Below are positions 26,121-28,307 of a stretch of 28,307 nt of DNA, piece after piece. The translations under genes and the position numbers were made by a program. The stretch's first letter is position 1, and each line of letters begins with the position of its first letter. The stretch is taken from IMG/VR virus record IMGVR_UViG_3300020043_004435, positions 1 to 28,307 of that record; one strand, given 5' to 3'. The notes beneath the pieces are model-generated. The model did not search any database, was not told the DNA's origin, and was given only the letters and a program-made list of their open reading frames with translations. The stretch is from a virus. Lineage: Duplodnaviria > Caudoviricetes.

Positions 26121-26972
26121 CTAGTCGTTCCATTTGTCGAGCATTGCATCGACTTGTTTTTTCATCTGTAGTCTCATGAAGTCTGACTGCTTCACATCAC
26201 GCAGGTCTACGCCTACTATCTGCGCTTCGAGCTGTTGGCGCATCTCCTCGAGCTGTGTGTCGTTAGAGATATTTAAATGCTGGAGGATGTCGCAGAGTTC
26301 TTCTGCTGTCTCAAACACCGACTCGTAGAGTCTACCCTTCTTACCGTCTTCATCTATCTTCAGACCGTTACTGAGCTGAGAGAGCGTTGTATACATACGA
26401 TTCCACAAGTCTTGATTAATCTTTCTGACATTATGCGTATACATTTCGTCATACTGACGTTTAAGCTCGTCAAGTGCTTCGTTCTGCACATCAACGCGAA
26501 AATCACCAGCTTGGGGGACGGGCGTAAAAAACACGCTGAAACTAAACTTACTTCGCACCTGTTCCTCGCTTGGATACTCATCGCGGTTAAACAAAAAGCC
26601 TAGACTAAATGCCGCACCGCTAACCTTAACGGTATACTGGGGAATGAACTCGTCTACTGCTTCGTAGAATCTGTTCTGGTAGGAGGTCATTGCCTTTTTA
26701 TAGGGCAGGAAATACGCAGTAGTCAGCAGACGCTGACCACCATCTGACCAAGGGCTTGTATACTGATTGTGATACGCTCTCGCTTCATCAGCGATGCGTT
26801 TGATTTTGTGGAGGTTGTCGTCTTCGGGAAGCAGACGTTTGTGGTAGTTACCTGCACGGGCGAGGGTTTTATTCGCCTCGTCAATCTGCTGACTTACTAT
26901 TTTGTCTGTTTTTCTAGCCGTCCACAGAGTTACTGATAAGGTGGAAAGCATTGCTGATGATGCTAAACTCAT
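26121..26972 (-). CDS. DUF3150-like protein associated with the phage AAA+/vWA module
   Basis: WTARKTDK, TSPWSDGGQRLL, LFNRDEYP, PVPQAGDFRV, LNISND; position upstream of AAA+/vWA; start ATG 26972 with a GGAG RBS. Confidence 0.65.
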   Translation of the reverse strand: MSLASSAMLSTLSVTLWTARKTDKIVSQQIDEANKTLARAGNYHKRLLPEDDNLHKIKRIADEARAYHNQYTSPWSDGGQRLLTTAYFLPYKKAMTSYQNRFYEAVDEFIPQYTVKVSGAAFSLGFLFNRDEYPSEEQVRSKFSFSVFFTPVPQAGDFRVDVQNEALDELKRQYDEMYTHNVRKINQDLWNRMYTTLSQLSNGLKIDEDGKKGRLYESVFETAEELCDILQHLNISNDTQLEEMRQQLEAQIVGVDLRDVKQSDFMRLQMKKQVDAMLDKWND

Positions 26973-26983
26973 GTCGTTCTCCA

Positions 26984-26998
26984 ATCCCTTAAGGGGAT
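26984..26998 (-). promoter_or_regulatory. Conserved hairpin element, copy 2 (ATCCC-CTTAA-GGGAT), abutting the RBS
   Basis: Same loop and inner pairs as 13131-13145, with compensatory outer pairs. Confidence 0.45.
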
Positions 26999-27117
26999 GA
27001 GTCTTGATTAGTTAAAAGTATTTAGTATGGTAGAGCCAGCAACTGAAATGAACATCTTATAAGGCGTCACTCCTCTACCCTCTAGTGTTTTAACCCACTA
27101 CTAGATAGGGTATGAAA

Positions 27118-27396
27118 CTATAAATCTATGCCTGTGAACTCTTTGTATAATGGGGCAGGTTTTAAATACGTCCACTGCCCTCCGTTTGCATCGTAAGCGG
27201 CTACTTCATCTGGTGTGAGCTGGTAGCAACCGTAGAGGGTTGCACAAACGCCCTCGCAGTTTTCCATGTCTTGACCACGAATGGAGACATAGTTGCCCTT
27301 GTCATAGGCTTCTTGAAGATTATTTATGATGTTGCACTGTTCAGTAACGAAAAGCTCGTTAAATACTTCTTTGTGTCTTAGAAAATAGGTGTTCAT
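27118..27396 (-). CDS. Hypothetical early protein
   Basis: 92-aa ORF with a TAGGAG RBS; first gene after the consensus promoter. Confidence 0.7.
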   Translation of the reverse strand: MNTYFLRHKEVFNELFVTEQCNIINNLQEAYDKGNYVSIRGQDMENCEGVCATLYGCYQLTPDEVAAYDANGGQWTYLKPAPLYKEFTGIDL

Positions 27397-27444
27397 GTTG
27401 TTTACTCCTAAATAGTTGTTGTGTTTTCGTAAACCTCGGAGCTA

Positions 27445-27500
27445 ATTATAGACCGTTGTCAGACGTTGTCAATAGGTTACATAAAATATTTTTATTTATT
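27445..27500 (-). promoter_or_regulatory. Consensus sigma70 promoter with UP element
   Basis: Minus strand TTGACA (27472-27467), 16-nt spacer, TATAAT (27450-27445), with an AT-rich tract upstream. Confidence 0.85.
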
Positions 27501-28070
27501 TTGTTCAAACTGCGAGAGTATTAACTGCGGGAAGTGCTTGCAGACCAGTAAATTCGCCACTTCAGCAATCACAGGTTGCAGTATAAATGCCGCTCGCATC
27601 TGCTCCGTTGTTGGTTTCATAGAGTTTATCGCGCCCTGCATACGCCCAAGCCTTACTAAGTAATACGGTGATTTCATATCGCGTAACAGCTCTATTGTCC
27701 ACGCTATCTCTGCATCGCCATCAAACGGTATATGCTTTATGTATAACGTAGTATACGCACCCTCCGCCCCTTCAATGTTCTCTGCTGTCCACATGAGTTG
27801 CATCTCTTCGCGATTAGCCTCCAAGAATGTCTTAACGTCTATCGAACCGCAAACAGGGATGTATACCCCTGCGCTATCCCCCTCAATGTCTTCTACGGAG
27901 CTGTTTTTACTGCGCTTACACGCCATGATGTTCATCTGTTCTTTCGTTGCTCGTACCCACTCGATTTTATCTTGCAAAGTAATGCCTAAATGCATTAGTT
28001 CCATCTGTTCCTCCGTTTTTACGTCATAATATTGCGGTGCTCTAAACGCGTTTAGTGAGTGCTCTGTCAT
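27492..28070 (-). CDS. Hypothetical protein
   Basis: 192-aa ORF with an ATGA overlap with the upstream ORF. Confidence 0.7.
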   Translation of the reverse strand: MTEHSLNAFRAPQYYDVKTEEQMELMHLGITLQDKIEWVRATKEQMNIMACKRSKNSSVEDIEGDSAGVYIPVCGSIDVKTFLEANREEMQLMWTAENIEGAEGAYTTLYIKHIPFDGDAEIAWTIELLRDMKSPYYLVRLGRMQGAINSMKPTTEQMRAAFILQPVIAEVANLLVCKHFPQLILSQFEQNK

Positions 28071-28306
28071 TTGCGTATCTCTTGCGTCAGCATGATGTTA
28101 CCATTGCTCAGACGTTGCTTGTGTCCGCGTAGCTTGCCGAGTTGTGCATTGAATACCGTTACTGCATCCTCCCATGTATCGCATACTGTTGTCTTATTGC
28201 CTTTGCCCATACTGTGCACTGTGTACGTGCCGTTCTGTATGCGTATGTTTCGCTCTGTGCTGTATACTCTGCGTCTCTTGTAGACTGCCGGCAAATGACT
28301 GTCGGT
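28067..28306 (-). CDS. Hypothetical protein, probably 5'-truncated by the window edge
   Basis: The frame stays open to the window end, and its stop overlaps the next start. Confidence 0.5.
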   Translation of the reverse strand, partial: TDSHLPAVYKRRRVYSTERNIRIQNGTYTVHSMGKGNKTTVCDTWEDAVTVFNAQLGKLRGHKQRLSNGNIMLTQEIRK

Positions 28307-28307
28307 T

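Noticed and set aside
26950-27060. Possible hammerhead ribozyme (CTGATGA near 26954)
   Set aside because: The motif lies within a coding region on the opposite strand, and no stem II plus GAAA core is properly arranged.
7746-28283. Numerous + strand ORFs of 60-150 aa opposite the minus-strand arm
   Set aside because: They overlap well-supported minus-strand genes and have shadow-like composition.
1-28307. Stop-codon reassignment or alternative genetic code
   Set aside because: Long conserved genes are intact in code 11, and TAA, TAG and TGA all end genes at junctions with the next start.
1-28307. CRISPR array, tRNA, integrase/att site, intron or intein
   Set aside because: I saw no regularly spaced repeats, cloverleaf or recombinase motifs. 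The polymerase, helicase and primase are of ordinary length and uninterrupted. The Cas4-like nuclease is a common stand-alone phage gene.

Overview
The window is a 28.3 kb piece of a tailed dsDNA bacteriophage genome, probably podovirus-like with a proteobacterial host (inferred from its dUTPase and NrdJb sequence types). The + strand (1-7103) carries the end of the virion module: a truncated ORF and a 2181-aa polyvalent internal-virion protein with a zincin-like motif and an LPD38-like C-terminus. It meets a densely packed - strand arm at a bidirectional terminator (about 7102-7131). In transcription order (right to left) the - arm encodes early genes behind a consensus sigma70 promoter; a DUF3150-like protein, a MoxR-like AAA+ ATPase and a metallopeptidase-vWA protein followed by three tandem paralogous small genes; VRR-NUC; many tiny ORFs; a family A DNA polymerase; a stand-alone NrdJb; dUTPase; ThyX; DUF3310; a TraR-like Zn finger; a PD-(D/E)XK nuclease; HNH; an SNF2-like helicase; an SSB; and a primase-helicase. 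The most notable signals are the AAA+/vWA module with its paralog triplet, the orphan NrdJb, short repeats at gene junctions that flank accessory genes, and a covarying hairpin found twice just upstream of ribosome-binding sites. All family calls come from motif recognition by eye; no database search was run.
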